DNA of 64,000 nt from an uncultured Acidobacteriota bacterium (GTDB lineage Bacteria > Acidobacteriota > Terriglobia > Acidiferrales > UBA7541). Under the pieces are notes generated by a model. The model worked only from the letters and a program-made list of their open reading frames with translations. It made no database searches and was not told the DNA's origin. A program made the translations under genes and the position numbers. The stretch spans positions 287,189 through 351,188 of the forward strand of contig CAVREY010000006.1 in assembly GCA_963720225.1 (NCBI GenBank), in the 5' to 3' direction. Shown piece after piece: positions 1 to 12,630 of the stretch (positions are counted from its first letter, which is position 1; the number at the start of each line of letters is the position of its first letter).

Positions 1-1416
1 TGCCAGACCGCGGCGGAACTTCGAGCGGATTTGAAACGGCTGAAGCGCGACCTCGATTCCAGCAAGCGGCCCGGCGCGGAAAAAAGCGCCACAGGTTCGG
101 GCGGGCACGCCGCCGCCGCGCCGAAGCAGAAATCGGTAGCCGTGTTGTACTTCGAAAATCAGAGTGGCGCGAAAGAAGACGAATATTTCCGCGACGGCAT
201 CACCGAAGACATCGTCACCGAGCTTTCCAAGATCGCGCAGCTTGAAATTTTTCCGCGGTCGGAGATGCTGGCGTTCCGCGACAAGCCGGTGACCGCGCAG
301 CAGGTCGGGCAGCAGCTCGGCGCCGCGTACATTCTGGAAGGTTCGATCCGCCGCGCGGGAAATCGCGTGCGCATCACCGCGCAGTTGGTGGAAGCGTCCA
401 CGCGCCATTCGGTGTGGGCGGACCGCTACGACCGGCAGATGGACGACGTGTTCGCCATTCAGGAAGAAATCGCGCGCAGCATCGCGCAGGCACTGCGAAT
501 CACCCTCACTCCCCAGGAAGACAAAATCATGGCTCGCAAGCCCACCGAAAATCCGGTGGCTTACGATTTTTATTTGCGCGGCCGGAATTATTCGCGGCGG
601 CAGGATTTCGAGTACGCGCTCCAGATGTTCGAGCAGGCTATCGAGCTGGATCCGAATTTCGCGCTGGCCCACGCGGGGATCGCGCATCTGTGCGGCGTGA
701 TCTTCGAGGTCCGCGATCAGAGTCCGAGCTGGATGGATCGCGGCCTTGCGGCGTGCGACCGGGCCACGGCGCTCGCGCCCGATCTTCCGGAAGTGCTGGT
801 GGCGCGAGCGCGCATTTTCTACGCTCAGAAAAAGAATGAAGAGGCCGCGCAGCTCGCCTTGCGCGCCATCGAGCGCAAGCCGGATTGCGATGGCGCGTGG
901 AACGTCCTCGGCCGGGCCTATTTCGCCGCGGGCCGTTACCAGGACGCAGCGGCGATTGCCGATCGCGCGATGGAACTCAACGGCGACGATTACAACATGT
1001 ACATTCCGTTCGAGCAGGCCGTCGAGCGGCTCGGCCGAAAAAAAGACGCCGACGCTTTGCGCGTGCGATTTGAAAGAGTGTTGCGGCAACAATTGGAACT
1101 CGTTCCGGAGGACGTGCGCGCGCGAGTATTGCTGGCGACGCGGCTCGCGCACATCGGCGAACCCGAGGAGTGCATCCGTCATCTGCAGACGGCGATCGCG
1201 CTGCGTCCCGGCGATTCCAACACTCTTTACAACGCCGCATGCACCTACGGAGTGCTCGGCCGGAAGTCCGAATCGCTCGAAACTCTCAAGAAGGCCTTCG
1301 CTGCCGGATTCGGCAACCGCTTCTGGGCGGCGAAAGACTCCGACTTGGCGTGCCTGCGCGACGACCCCGAATTCCGCAAGCTCGTCGGCCTCGACGACAT
1401 CGCCTCCTCCTCTTAA
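1..1416 (+). CDS. Ser/Thr protein kinase, C-terminal portion (5' end outside window): TolB_N-like periplasmic module + TPR repeats
   Basis: The frame is open from base 1 ([21 protein letters not shown]..). This matches the segment after the catalytic domain in the two complete kinases here (..[14 protein letters not shown].. and ..[14 protein letters not shown]..). The VAVLYFENQSG..FRDGITEDIVTELSK module and TPR-like helices follow. The TTG at 31 in the ORF track is internal. Confidence 0.8.
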   Translation, partial: CQTAAELRADLKRLKRDLDSSKRPGAEKSATGSGGHAAAAPKQKSVAVLYFENQSGAKEDEYFRDGITEDIVTELSKIAQLEIFPRSEMLAFRDKPVTAQQVGQQLGAAYILEGSIRRAGNRVRITAQLVEASTRHSVWADRYDRQMDDVFAIQEEIARSIAQALRITLTPQEDKIMARKPTENPVAYDFYLRGRNYSRRQDFEYALQMFEQAIELDPNFALAHAGIAHLCGVIFEVRDQSPSWMDRGLAACDRATALAPDLPEVLVARARIFYAQKKNEEAAQLALRAIERKPDCDGAWNVLGRAYFAAGRYQDAAAIADRAMELNGDDYNMYIPFEQAVERLGRKKDADALRVRFERVLRQQLELVPEDVRARVLLATRLAHIGEPEECIRHLQTAIALRPGDSNTLYNAACTYGVLGRKSESLETLKKAFAAGFGNRFWAAKDSDLACLRDDPEFRKLVGLDDIASSS

Positions 1417-1437
1417 ATTCTTCCATCCCTCTTCGTG

Positions 1438-2490
1438 TCACCCACCGAGAATATTCATGCCAGCCCAGTAGACCGATATGGATTCGTAGCGCATGGCTTT
1501 GCTGTTGCACGAATGAATCGGCGCACGGTCGTGAAGCGCACCGCCTGCTAGCGGCTGCGCGGTCGTGCCGAATAGCGAGGTCGATTGTTCGATCCGGCCG
1601 TCGGCGCCGACGATGTGGTAGGACGCGAAGTTAGCCCGTATCACCTTGCCCGTTGGCGCGTACGGGATGAAGAGCAACGGTGCCGCCGGGCCTCCGAGTC
1701 CGCGCCTGTTGATTCCCGGCGACGCGCACCAATCCCACCCGACACCTTTGGCAGGCGGCACAAACGTGTCTGCGCCGAATTGCTCGGCGGGCCGCCATTT
1801 TTCCAGGCTGATATCGAGAGTTTCCGGGCCCGTGCGTCGAACGATGTGCCGAGCCACGCGGGTGTTCCCGAGCTGTACAAAATCCATACGTTCGTTGGTC
1901 ATCTCTTCGCTCGCGACGTTCGAAGCCGATTTTTTATAAGTGTGATCGGCGAGAATCGCGCCAGTTGCGGCGTCGAAACACGTCCGGTGCACGATCGCGG
2001 AATCGTCGCCCGCATCGGCACAAACTCGCTGCGTTGAGCCGTCCGGTTCGAATTTCAATTTATGCACGGCGTCGTCGCTGTGGTATTTCGGTGACCGCGG
2101 ATCGAGCGGCCGGCCAACGATGATGTCTGAAACGCTCCACATGGCGTAGGTCATCGTGGGCGTGTTGCGCAGGACGTATTTCTTGTCGCCGAGCACCACG
2201 TCCGTCTCGCCCATGGTGCCCGCGCGGAAGTCCACGCGAAAGCGGTTGGGCGCAGCCCACAAAACTTCGTACATCCCGCCGATGGATTTCTCGGCGAATG
2301 TGTAGTGAAAAGTCGCGACGAAGTGGCAGGGAGCGCCGGTGTACGTCGAGAGGCCGGTGGATTTCCGTGCGTTCGCGATCCACTGCCTCACCACCGTTTT
2401 GTCGGGAAGGTCCTGCGCAGCCGTGGAAGCGGGAGTCATTGCGGTAGCGAACGCGATAATCAGCAACCACACCGGACCGCCGACAGCCAC
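1438..2490 (-). CDS. hypothetical secreted protein
   Basis: 350-codon ORF with GTG start at 2490 and a signal-like N-terminus VWLLIIAFATAMTPASTAAQD. No family recognised. Confidence 0.6.
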   Translation of the reverse strand: MAVGGPVWLLIIAFATAMTPASTAAQDLPDKTVVRQWIANARKSTGLSTYTGAPCHFVATFHYTFAEKSIGGMYEVLWAAPNRFRVDFRAGTMGETDVVLGDKKYVLRNTPTMTYAMWSVSDIIVGRPLDPRSPKYHSDDAVHKLKFEPDGSTQRVCADAGDDSAIVHRTCFDAATGAILADHTYKKSASNVASEEMTNERMDFVQLGNTRVARHIVRRTGPETLDISLEKWRPAEQFGADTFVPPAKGVGWDWCASPGINRRGLGGPAAPLLFIPYAPTGKVIRANFASYHIVGADGRIEQSTSLFGTTAQPLAGGALHDRAPIHSCNSKAMRYESISVYWAGMNILGG

Positions 2491-2610
2491 GATTGCCTGG
2501 CCACGCCCACCGTACGCCGAATCGTAGAAATATTTGAGATCATCTTAGGCTATGTCTTAACCATAGCGTTAAGTAACTAGAAGATGAAAATCGAAATGAT
2601 GTCGGGAGGA

Positions 2611-5439
<2,829 letters not shown>

Positions 5440-5448
5440 GTGCGCCTG

Positions 5449-5477
5449 ATGATAGAAGTCGCTCCGCGCGAAGTCAA
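5449..5477 (-). promoter_or_regulatory. sigma70-like promoter of the kinase gene, implying a leaderless or near-leaderless mRNA
   Basis: Minus strand reads TTGACT (5477-5472), 17 nt, TATCAT (5454-5449), 9 nt, ATG (5439). There is no Shine-Dalgarno in between. The paralogous kinase at 12540 has an identical layout. Confidence 0.45.
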
Positions 5478-5570
5478 TTGAAGCGGAAGTGGCATACGCG
5501 CTCGTCCGTGTCGCAAGTAAAACAGGCGATCACGCCCGTGTTCTTCGCGGTGAGCAGCAGGTTCGTGGCC

Positions 5571-5613
5571 TACGCACTCGTGCGTGTGGGCACCCCAAGT
5601 TCATTGGGGTGCC
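5571..5613 (+). repeat. palindrome + hairpin repeat (family A)
   Basis: ACGCAC-TC-GTGCGT palindrome (5572-5585) followed by hairpin GGCACCCCAA-GTTCA-TTGGGGTGCC (5589-5613). Homologous copies lie at 9129-9171 and 12588-12630. Degenerate partial copies lie at 5495-5510 and about 10028-10062. Confidence 0.75.
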
Positions 5614-5909
5614 GGTTGTGCCATGCCGGCTTCGTGTGCCCCGCAAACTACGCGCCGACGCTGTGCGCGCTCCTTGGCTCTATGATGGAATTGTAAACAG
5701 TCAACTCGGCCACCAGATGAATTTGGTAGCCCCGATCTACGAGTGCGTATACCAAGGAGGTGTGGTGCGAGAGGCACAGTCGTGATCACCTACTTTACTC
5801 ACGATTGCTGCGCTGTGGGTTGCGCGCGACACAGAATGAATTCGCGCGCTCGATGCGGGAATGGCGGCGGCCGCCTGGGCGCCCCAGCCTGGGCGGCCGC
5901 CTCCTCCGC

Positions 5910-6008
5910 CTACTTCGGCGAAGCCTTGTCGATATATTTCGTGATGCTGATGTCCAGAGGTCGAATCTGTTCTGATTTTTTCCCAGTTGCCAGCTTTTTC
6001 TTAGCCAT
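5910..6008 (-). CDS. candidate 32-aa small ORF (MAKKKLATGKKSEQIRPLDISITKYIDKASPK)
   Basis: ATG at 6008 is preceded by GGAGG with a 4-nt spacer. TAG stop at 5912-5910. Below the ORF-track length cutoff. No other support. Confidence 0.3.
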   Translation of the reverse strand: MAKKKLATGKKSEQIRPLDISITKYIDKASPK

Positions 6009-6373
6009 ACGCCCTCCGTTCAACCGCCGCGGCGATGATCGCCTTGGCAATACTCTGCCTTATAGCACAGCACGCCGGTTACCAACGATGCCGAGGGCGA
6101 ATCTGTGCTCGTTTGAGGCGAGTTCGTGCTCGGATGAGCGGGTGAAGGCTGTAAACGGGCCGAGCGCGCGTTGAATTTGTCAGCGGAGTTGAATTCTTCA
6201 ACACGTCGTTAGTGCCGTGCGCTGCGAATAGAGAAGTGGGATCTTTTGGCCGCTGCAGCAGACTCCGGACGACGGGCCGCGGTGGCCGAGTGAGGCGCTG
6301 TCCGACGGGCATTGAATTTCTGCGCTTGACGCAAAATACGCCGCGGAGTTACACCGGAAACGGAAGTGCAATC

Positions 6374-7141
6374 ATGAAAATCGTAGTCATTGGCGGCACT
6401 GGGCTGATCGGCTCACGGCTGGTTCCCAAATTGCGCGAGCAGGGGTACGAAGCGGTTTCGGCGTCTCCCAATACAGGCGTGAACACAGTCACGGGCGAGG
6501 GACTCGCCGAGGCGCTGAAGGGCGCCTCGGCGGTCGTTGATGTGTCGAATGCTCCATCGTGGGAAGACTCGGCGGTGATGAAGTTCTTCGAGACATCCGC
6601 GAAAAACCTGCTCGCCTACGAATCGGCCGCGGGCGTGACACATCACGTGGCGCTTTCGGTCGTGGGTTGCGATCGCATGCTCGAAAGCGGCTACTTCCGC
6701 GCAAAAATCGTGCAGGAAAATTTGATCAAAACTTCGTCCATCCCACATTCGATTGTCCGCGCAACGCAATTCTTCGAATTCGTGAAAGGCATCGCCGATT
6801 TTTCCACCGCCGGCACCAAAGTTCGCCTTCCGTCGGTGCACATTCAACCGATGGCGGCGGACGATGTTGCCGCCCTCTTAGTCCGATTCGCCGCGAACCC
6901 GCCCGTGAATGACATGGTTGAAATCGGCGGGCCGGAAAAGTTTCGCCTCGACGAACTCGTCCTGCGAGCTCTGGCTGCATGGAAGGATCCGCGCGAAGTC
7001 GTCGCTGATCCACACGCCACCTACTACGGCGTCAACGTGAAAGAGCGAACGCTGGTTCCCGGCGACGACGCGCGACTGAGCGAGACGCGATTCGCAACGT
7101 GGCTCGCCCAGCCCTCGACGAAAGCGGCGTCGGCCAAGTAG
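6374..7141 (+). CDS. NAD(P)-binding NmrA-like / atypical SDR family protein
   Basis: Start moved to ATG 6374, which puts the Rossmann motif at the N-terminus (MKIVVIGGTGLIGSRL). The 54 upstream codons of the track ORF are Arg-rich and unlikely to be coding. Confidence 0.85.
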   Translation: MKIVVIGGTGLIGSRLVPKLREQGYEAVSASPNTGVNTVTGEGLAEALKGASAVVDVSNAPSWEDSAVMKFFETSAKNLLAYESAAGVTHHVALSVVGCDRMLESGYFRAKIVQENLIKTSSIPHSIVRATQFFEFVKGIADFSTAGTKVRLPSVHIQPMAADDVAALLVRFAANPPVNDMVEIGGPEKFRLDELVLRALAAWKDPREVVADPHATYYGVNVKERTLVPGDDARLSETRFATWLAQPSTKAASAK

Positions 7142-7171
7142 CGTACCCGAGGCGCTTCGCGCGAAAATCAC

Positions 7172-7193
7172 AGGCGGGATCGCCTATTTTATT
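7172..7193 (+). terminator. weak intrinsic-terminator-like hairpin
   Basis: AGGCG-GGAT-CGCCT followed by ATTTTATT, about 30 nt after the SDR stop. The stem is short. Confidence 0.3.
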
Positions 7194-7252
7194 GGCGACG
7201 TACGCCGTCGTGTTCCGGCATCGGTGGGAGTTCGTGGCGTGAGCGTCGCTCG

Positions 7253-7285
7253 TCGGACGACAGCCTGCGCGGCAGGCCGTCCCGC
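7253..7285 (-). repeat. solo REP-like hairpin module (family M, inverted orientation)
   Basis: TCGGACGACAGCCTGCGCGGCAGGCCGTCCCGC is the reverse-orientation version of GTGGGATAGCC..GGCTGTCGTCCTA, which is abundant at 46-62 kb. Confidence 0.6.
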
Positions 7286-7478
7286 TCGCGGATCACGGAG
7301 CCACGAGACGGCTCGCCATGCCACTCACTGAACGCGCGCCAGGCGCGCGGCGATTCGTTATCTTTAGGTGACGCGGCGGAGGAACGCTGGGTCGAATGAG
7401 GCGCTAGGTGCGCTATGGTCGAACAGTGCCGGAGCGATTGGTGAGATCGCGGCCGGCGCGAATTTCCGAGACCTGGCG

Positions 7479-7676
7479 ATGAGTACACAACCTCAGACGT
7501 ATCCCGCGCGGATTGCAATTCCCGATCCGCAATGCCCGCGTTGCTACAGCGAGACCGTTCACCGGTCGCGGCGCCGCAACACCCGCGATCGCGTAATGGC
7601 GGTTTTTTCGAAGCGGCCCTACCGCTGTGAGGATTGCGATCTCCGTTTCTACTGGCGTTTTCTTTCCGGCGAGTGA
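7479..7676 (+). CDS. small zinc-ribbon-like protein
   Basis: 65 codons from ATG 7479. Two CxxC pairs (CPRC ... CEDC) and a basic composition. Start uncertain. Confidence 0.4.
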   Translation: MSTQPQTYPARIAIPDPQCPRCYSETVHRSRRRNTRDRVMAVFSKRPYRCEDCDLRFYWRFLSGE

Positions 7677-7855
7677 CGTGTCCGCAACGTGGCGCAGGGA
7701 AATTCCCCTTAATTCAAATGCAACGGCACGCAGACGGTAGCGCCTCCCCCACGACTTGACGCTAGGAGTTTGCGTGCTCAGCCCGGCGCGGAGTTGCTAA
7801 GGTTGCGCAGCCAATACTGGCTAACCCACGTCCGGAGCCGCGGCGCGAAGATAAT

Positions 7856-8884
7856 TTATGGTTTTGCCGGCGCAGGTGCGGCGGCCGGCGGTGGCGGAGT
7901 AGTGGGCTTCGGAATCCGCAGCGTCCACGTAAAGCCAAACGCGATGGTGCGGCCTTCGGGACGAGCCAGCGCGCTGTACTCGTTATAATATTTGAAGAAA
8001 GCGGTAGCGTTCTTCGGGGGAAGAATCAAATTGGCCTGAACACCGATCGCGTGCACCGAATAGTAGGGCAGCGCGCTTTGAGGAACGGGAATCCCGCCAA
8101 CGAGCGTCGTTCCGCTGTTGTTCGAAACCTGCCACTGGTCATAGCCGACCAGACCGATCTGCCCCAGAATGCTCATATCTTTTTTGATCGGCAGCACCTG
8201 ACCGATGCCCCACTCCATCGTGAACGCCTGGCCGGGCGTGATGTTCGTGCCGCGCTTTGTCCCGTGAATTTCCCAGTCCGTCGTGAGGTTCGCGGTGGTG
8301 GCGTGGTTCTTGGTGATGTACAGCGTGGTGCCGCTATCAATGTTGTTGCCCCAGTAGCCGGAGCCGACGTTATTGCTGGCGCCTGCCGTGAAGCGTCCAG
8401 TGGGCGCGACGAACGCGTAGCCGGCGACGAAGTCCACGCGCTTGCCGAAGTGCCAGCCCATCTGGAGCGGCTCGACGAACATGTCCGCAAATCCCGAGCC
8501 GCCGCCTGCGCCATTCAAATTCGTGTCGCCCAACGTGATGTCCGCCACCAACTCGCCGCTCGCCCAGTTCAGAACGACATAGGGCATAAAATATCCGCCG
8601 AGGAATTTGTGTTTCGGGACGTAGTAGAAAATGTTTTCGTCCACCCAGAACGAATAGGTTCCGGTGACGCCCGGAAGTTTGTTGCCGTTGGGATCGTTCA
8701 GTTGCCCGGCGGAGTAGTTGAGCGCCAGATTGCCATACGTTAGACCCGGATCGGGGATCACGCCGGCATTGAGGCCGAACTGTCCGGGAACCCATTGGCC
8801 TTTTTGTTGCGCGCGCGACGGCGATGCGAGGCCCAGTACCAGCAGCGAAAGAATTACGAGAATGAGCTTCGGTCGAAACGTCAT
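7856..8884 (-). CDS. outer-membrane beta-barrel protein (MetA-pathway/transporter-like family, from memory)
   Basis: Start moved to ATG 8884, with AAGGAG 6 nt upstream. Signal peptide MTFRPKLILVILSLLVLGLASPSRAQQ. Gly/aromatic-rich alternating strands and a Pro/Ala-rich C-terminal tail. Confidence 0.75.
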   Translation of the reverse strand: MTFRPKLILVILSLLVLGLASPSRAQQKGQWVPGQFGLNAGVIPDPGLTYGNLALNYSAGQLNDPNGNKLPGVTGTYSFWVDENIFYYVPKHKFLGGYFMPYVVLNWASGELVADITLGDTNLNGAGGGSGFADMFVEPLQMGWHFGKRVDFVAGYAFVAPTGRFTAGASNNVGSGYWGNNIDSGTTLYITKNHATTANLTTDWEIHGTKRGTNITPGQAFTMEWGIGQVLPIKKDMSILGQIGLVGYDQWQVSNNSGTTLVGGIPVPQSALPYYSVHAIGVQANLILPPKNATAFFKYYNEYSALARPEGRTIAFGFTWTLRIPKPTTPPPPAAAPAPAKP

Positions 8885-9128
8885 GGTGGTCTCCTTCAAC
8901 TACGGTTAGCTGGGATACCCGGCAGTATAGGCATGGTAATGTGCAGTGGTCGAGAATCCTACCGAATTCGGACGTGTGAATTAATTTTGTGTGAGCGCCG
9001 GTCAGCGCGAAAGTCTACGTGGCATCTGAGCGGCACCGGCACTTTTCCGCCTGTACCTCCGGTCGCAGAACGCGCAGGTTGCATACCTCGGCCCCGGCGG
9101 ATGGTGTAAGCAGACCGTTCCCGTGGCA

Positions 9129-9171
9129 TACGCACTCGTGTGTGCTGGCACTCCAAGTTTATTGGGGTACC
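9129..9171 (+). repeat. palindrome + hairpin repeat (family A)
   Basis: TACGCACTCGTGTGTGCTGGCACTCCAAGTTTATTGGGGTACC aligns with 5571-5613 and 12588-12630. The hairpin has one mismatch and one wobble. Confidence 0.7.
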
Positions 9172-9270
9172 GGGTTGGCCATTTCAACTTCCGGAACAAC
9201 GAACCGAGCTGTATTACACTCCCGCTACTTCGCAGCAGGTCTCGGGTCAGGCCGCGCCTCAGGTGCAAAA

Positions 9271-9990
9271 ATGAAGAAGGATCCATGGTTCTACAGCGTT
9301 ACGGGCGCGCTTTTCATCGTCCTGATGCTCATCGGCTTCCGCGCGTTCTGGTTGCACGGCGCAGGCAACAGCGGGCGGGTAATCGAGCCCACAATTTTCC
9401 GCCTCGACGCAGTCCACGGCACCGCGATCGCGACGTGGTTCGTGTTGTTTTTTGTACAGGCGTTGCTGATCGGGACGCGCAATCGCCGAGTGCATTTTAC
9501 GCTCGGCTGGGGCGCGATCGCCGTCGGCCTGACGATTGCGTTCACCGGATCGTGGGTCGCGATCCGCTCCGTGCAGGTCAGCCCGCCCGATCTGCATTTT
9601 TTCGGAATGTTGTACTGGCGGTTCCTGTCGATGATGTTGATGGAGATCGCGCTTTTCACCGCGTTCGTCACGATCGGAATTCTCGCGCGGAAGAAACCGA
9701 AGATCCACCGCGCGGCGATGCTCACGGCGAGCCTCTGCTTGCTGTCCGGCGCGACCGCGCGCATCCCATTTTTCTACCTAATTTTCCCTCCCACCAGCTG
9801 GGTCGGGCTGTTCGCGCCGGTATTCTGCATTGGCGCGGCGCTCCTGGTCATTCGCAGCCTGCTCACGCGCAGCTTCGATCGTTCGTTTGCCGTAACGTAT
9901 GCGGCTTTGGTGGTTCTCTTTATCGCATCCGCGGAACTGGCGCTTACCGACGCGTGGAGCGCGATGGCCGCTTCGATTCTGAAGCTATAA
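9271..9990 (+). CDS. integral membrane protein, unknown family
   Basis: ATG at 9271, with about six hydrophobic helices. The upstream part of the track ORF runs through the family A repeat. Confidence 0.65.
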   Translation: MKKDPWFYSVTGALFIVLMLIGFRAFWLHGAGNSGRVIEPTIFRLDAVHGTAIATWFVLFFVQALLIGTRNRRVHFTLGWGAIAVGLTIAFTGSWVAIRSVQVSPPDLHFFGMLYWRFLSMMLMEIALFTAFVTIGILARKKPKIHRAAMLTASLCLLSGATARIPFFYLIFPPTSWVGLFAPVFCIGAALLVIRSLLTRSFDRSFAVTYAALVVLFIASAELALTDAWSAMAASILKL

Positions 9991-10068
9991 ATAATCGCAG
10001 ACCACGTCGACGAAGTTCGCGCGCGACGTACGCGCTGGTGCGCATGCTACGGGGCACCTGTGGAACGT

Positions 10069-12540
10069 CTATTGAGGAAGCCCGATGCGGCGCACCAAGT
10101 CGGCCCAGCGCGGATCGGACTGCAGCACGTCAAACTCGGCGTCGGTGCGCAGCGCCATCAGCCAGATGCTGCGATCGTGGTAGGCGACGTCCAGCCATTT
10201 GAACGCGTTTTCCTTGTCGCCCAGATCGGCGTACATTTTCGCAATCCAGTACGGTGCATCGGCGTTTTTCTTCGCGGTGTACTGCGCGATAAGCTCCGCG
10301 GCGCCCCGGCGCAGGGCCTCGGACCATCCGCCGGAACGAAGTCCGGCGTCCAGCGCATCGGAGTATTCGATGAAATTCTCGTTGTTAATCATTTTTCCGT
10401 ACGTCTGCAGCGCTTGAATCGCTTCGGGATATTTTTTCATCCCCCAGTACGCCCACGAGCTTCCATAGACCGCGACCGGAAAATCGGGATTGTCCGCTTC
10501 AAGTTGTTTGGTGACTTCGAGCGCTTTTTCGTAATCGCGGTTGCGGAAATAGACTTCAGAGAGCGCAAACCGAATGATCGGCGAAAGCGGATCCAGTTCG
10601 TGCGCGCGGGTGGCTTCCTCGACGGCTTGCGCGCTGTGTCCGCCCATGTAGGACAGCATTTCGGCGTACCACTGATGCGCGGTGGCATCATCGGGATCCA
10701 GCTCGAAAGCTTTTTTGAAGTCCGCTTCGCCGCCGGTGAAATCCCAGTAATAGCCCATCTTCGCGATGCCCAATAGCGCGTGCGGGCGCGCGAGCGTGGG
10801 ATCGAGTTCGAGCGCTTTGTCGGCAGCCTCTTTCGCTTTCGGAATCACGTCGTTGGGATCCACGCCGTAATACGAAAGGACGTCGTATGTTTCTGCAATT
10901 CCCGAGTATGCGAGCGCGTAGTTGGGATCCTTGTCGATGGCTTGCGCGAAGTAGTCGAGCGCGCTGTGCATGCCCGCTTCGGTGCGTTTGTTCCAGTAGT
11001 AGCGGCCTTTCACGTAGAGCGCGTAGGCTTCGGCATTCTGCGTGCCTTGTTTTGCTACTTCCTGTTTTTCCGCGCCGGTGATTTTGGTGCGCAGTTTTGC
11101 GGCGATGTCGCCGGCGATCTGCTGTTGCAGGCCGATGACGTCGGAGGATTTCCTCTGGTAGGTCTCGCCCCAGATTTCCGTGTTGTCTTTCACGTTAGTC
11201 AGGTCGGCGCTCACTTGAATCGTGTCGCCATGCTGCACCACCGTTCCAGTGAGCAGGGCATCGACACCGAGTTCTTTGCCAACCTGCGGCACGTCGACAT
11301 CCTTTCCTTTGTAGCGGTAGACGGAGCTGCGCGATTTCACTTTCAGCTCCGGAACGTGCGCGAGACTGCCAATCAGCGATTCCGTAATGCCGTCGCTCAG
11401 AAAGTCGGCGTCGGACATGCTGCCCGCCCCAGATCCCGCGCCGGAACTGGTGAAGGGAATTACGGCGATGGATTGAATTTGCGCAGCGGCGCTCGAATGG
11501 CTGCGCCAGTAGTAGTATCCGCCGGCCACGAGCGCAGCGACGAGTGTGAAAGCGAGTATGAGCGGCAGCTGTGATTTTACGGCTGCCGGCGTGGCAATCG
11601 ATTCGCTCGGGCGAGCGGGAATCGATTTGCTCGACTCCGCGTCGCGCGTGAGCCGTTTCAGGTCCGTTTGCATGTCCGCCGCGTGCTGGTAGCGCAGCGT
11701 GCGATCTTTTTCGAGTGCCTTGCAGGTTGTGTCGTCAAATTTCGGCGGCAGGCTGGTGTTCAGTTGCGACGGCGAAGGGGCAGTCTTGTGCAGGACCGCG
11801 TCGAAAATCGCACCACTCGATTCGCCGCGGAACGGCAGAACTCCCGTCGCCATTTCATACAGCACCACACCAAACGAAAAAAGATCGCTGCGCGCATCCA
11901 CATCCTTGCCGAGCACTTGCTCGGGAGACATATACGCGACGGTCCCGATCGTCGAGCCGGGACTGGTGAGATGTTGCTGCGGGACCACCGTGACCGAATC
12001 GCCCGACACGCTCGAGCCGGTCGCACCGCCGGCGCCGGCGTTCGCGCCCGCGCCCGAAACTTTCGCGAGGCCGAAGTCGAGAATCTTCGCGTGGCCGCGC
12101 TCGGTGACGAAAATGTTCGCGGGCTTGATGTCGCGATGCACGATGCCCTTGGCGTGCGCGGCTTCCAGCGCGTCGGCAATTTCAATCGCAAGGACGAGCA
12201 GCAGCTCGTTATCCAGCGGCTTTCCGGCGATCCGCTGATTGAGCGGCATCCCGTCGAGACATTCCATCGCGATGAAGCGCTGGCCATCCTGCTCGCCGAT
12301 GTCGTAAATCGTGCAGATGTTCGGATGATTCAGCGCGGACGCGGCTTTGGCTTCGCGGCGGAAGCGTTCAATCGTTGCGGGATCGTCGGCTACGCTTCTC
12401 GGTAGAAATTTGATCGCGACGAAGCGGTCCAGGCGCGTGTCTTCCGCTTTGTAAACGACACCCATGCCGCCACCGCCGAGTTTTTCGACGATGCGGTAAT
12501 GAGAAATAGTTTGGCCGATCAGCGAGGCGGGCTCCGCCAT
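10069..12540 (-). CDS. membrane Ser/Thr protein kinase with TolB_N-like module and TPR repeats
   Basis: ATG at 12540. Motifs [39 protein letters not shown] segment [42 protein letters not shown] module followed by TPR helices. Confidence 0.9.
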   Translation of the reverse strand: MAEPASLIGQTISHYRIVEKLGGGGMGVVYKAEDTRLDRFVAIKFLPRSVADDPATIERFRREAKAASALNHPNICTIYDIGEQDGQRFIAMECLDGMPLNQRIAGKPLDNELLLVLAIEIADALEAAHAKGIVHRDIKPANIFVTERGHAKILDFGLAKVSGAGANAGAGGATGSSVSGDSVTVVPQQHLTSPGSTIGTVAYMSPEQVLGKDVDARSDLFSFGVVLYEMATGVLPFRGESSGAIFDAVLHKTAPSPSQLNTSLPPKFDDTTCKALEKDRTLRYQHAADMQTDLKRLTRDAESSKSIPARPSESIATPAAVKSQLPLILAFTLVAALVAGGYYYWRSHSSAAAQIQSIAVIPFTSSGAGSGAGSMSDADFLSDGITESLIGSLAHVPELKVKSRSSVYRYKGKDVDVPQVGKELGVDALLTGTVVQHGDTIQVSADLTNVKDNTEIWGETYQRKSSDVIGLQQQIAGDIAAKLRTKITGAEKQEVAKQGTQNAEAYALYVKGRYYWNKRTEAGMHSALDYFAQAIDKDPNYALAYSGIAETYDVLSYYGVDPNDVIPKAKEAADKALELDPTLARPHALLGIAKMGYYWDFTGGEADFKKAFELDPDDATAHQWYAEMLSYMGGHSAQAVEEATRAHELDPLSPIIRFALSEVYFRNRDYEKALEVTKQLEADNPDFPVAVYGSSWAYWGMKKYPEAIQALQTYGKMINNENFIEYSDALDAGLRSGGWSEALRRGAAELIAQYTAKKNADAPYWIAKMYADLGDKENAFKWLDVAYHDRSIWLMALRTDAEFDVLQSDPRWADLVRRIGLPQ

Positions 12541-12549
12541 GTGTCGCTC

Positions 12550-12578
12550 AGTTTAGAAGCTGCACCCACCCCAGTCAA
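12550..12578 (-). promoter_or_regulatory. sigma70-like promoter of the kinase gene, implying a leaderless or near-leaderless mRNA
   Basis: Minus strand reads TTGACT (12578-12573), 17 nt, TAAACT (12555-12550), 9 nt, ATG (12540). No Shine-Dalgarno. Confidence 0.45.
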
Positions 12579-12587
12579 TTCGCAGCG

Positions 12588-12630
12588 TACGCACTCGTGC
12601 GTGTGGGCACCCCAGGTTCATTGGGGTCCC
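12588..12630 (+). repeat. palindrome + hairpin repeat (family A)
   Basis: ACGCAC-TC-GTGCGT palindrome (12589-12602), 10 nt upstream of the -35, then hairpin GGCACCCCAG-GTTCA-TTGGGGTCCC. Confidence 0.75.

Noticed and set aside
2546-2575. Hairpin CTTAGGCTATG..CATAGCGTTAAG in the AT-rich gap after the kinase stop
   Set aside because: The stem is imperfect and no T-tract follows on the minus strand. It could be a terminator or an operator, but the support is too weak to call.
9123-10202. 359-aa plus-strand ORF
   Set aside because: It is an Arg-rich alternative frame of the membrane-protein gene at 9271-9990, and it runs through a repeat and into the convergent kinase gene.
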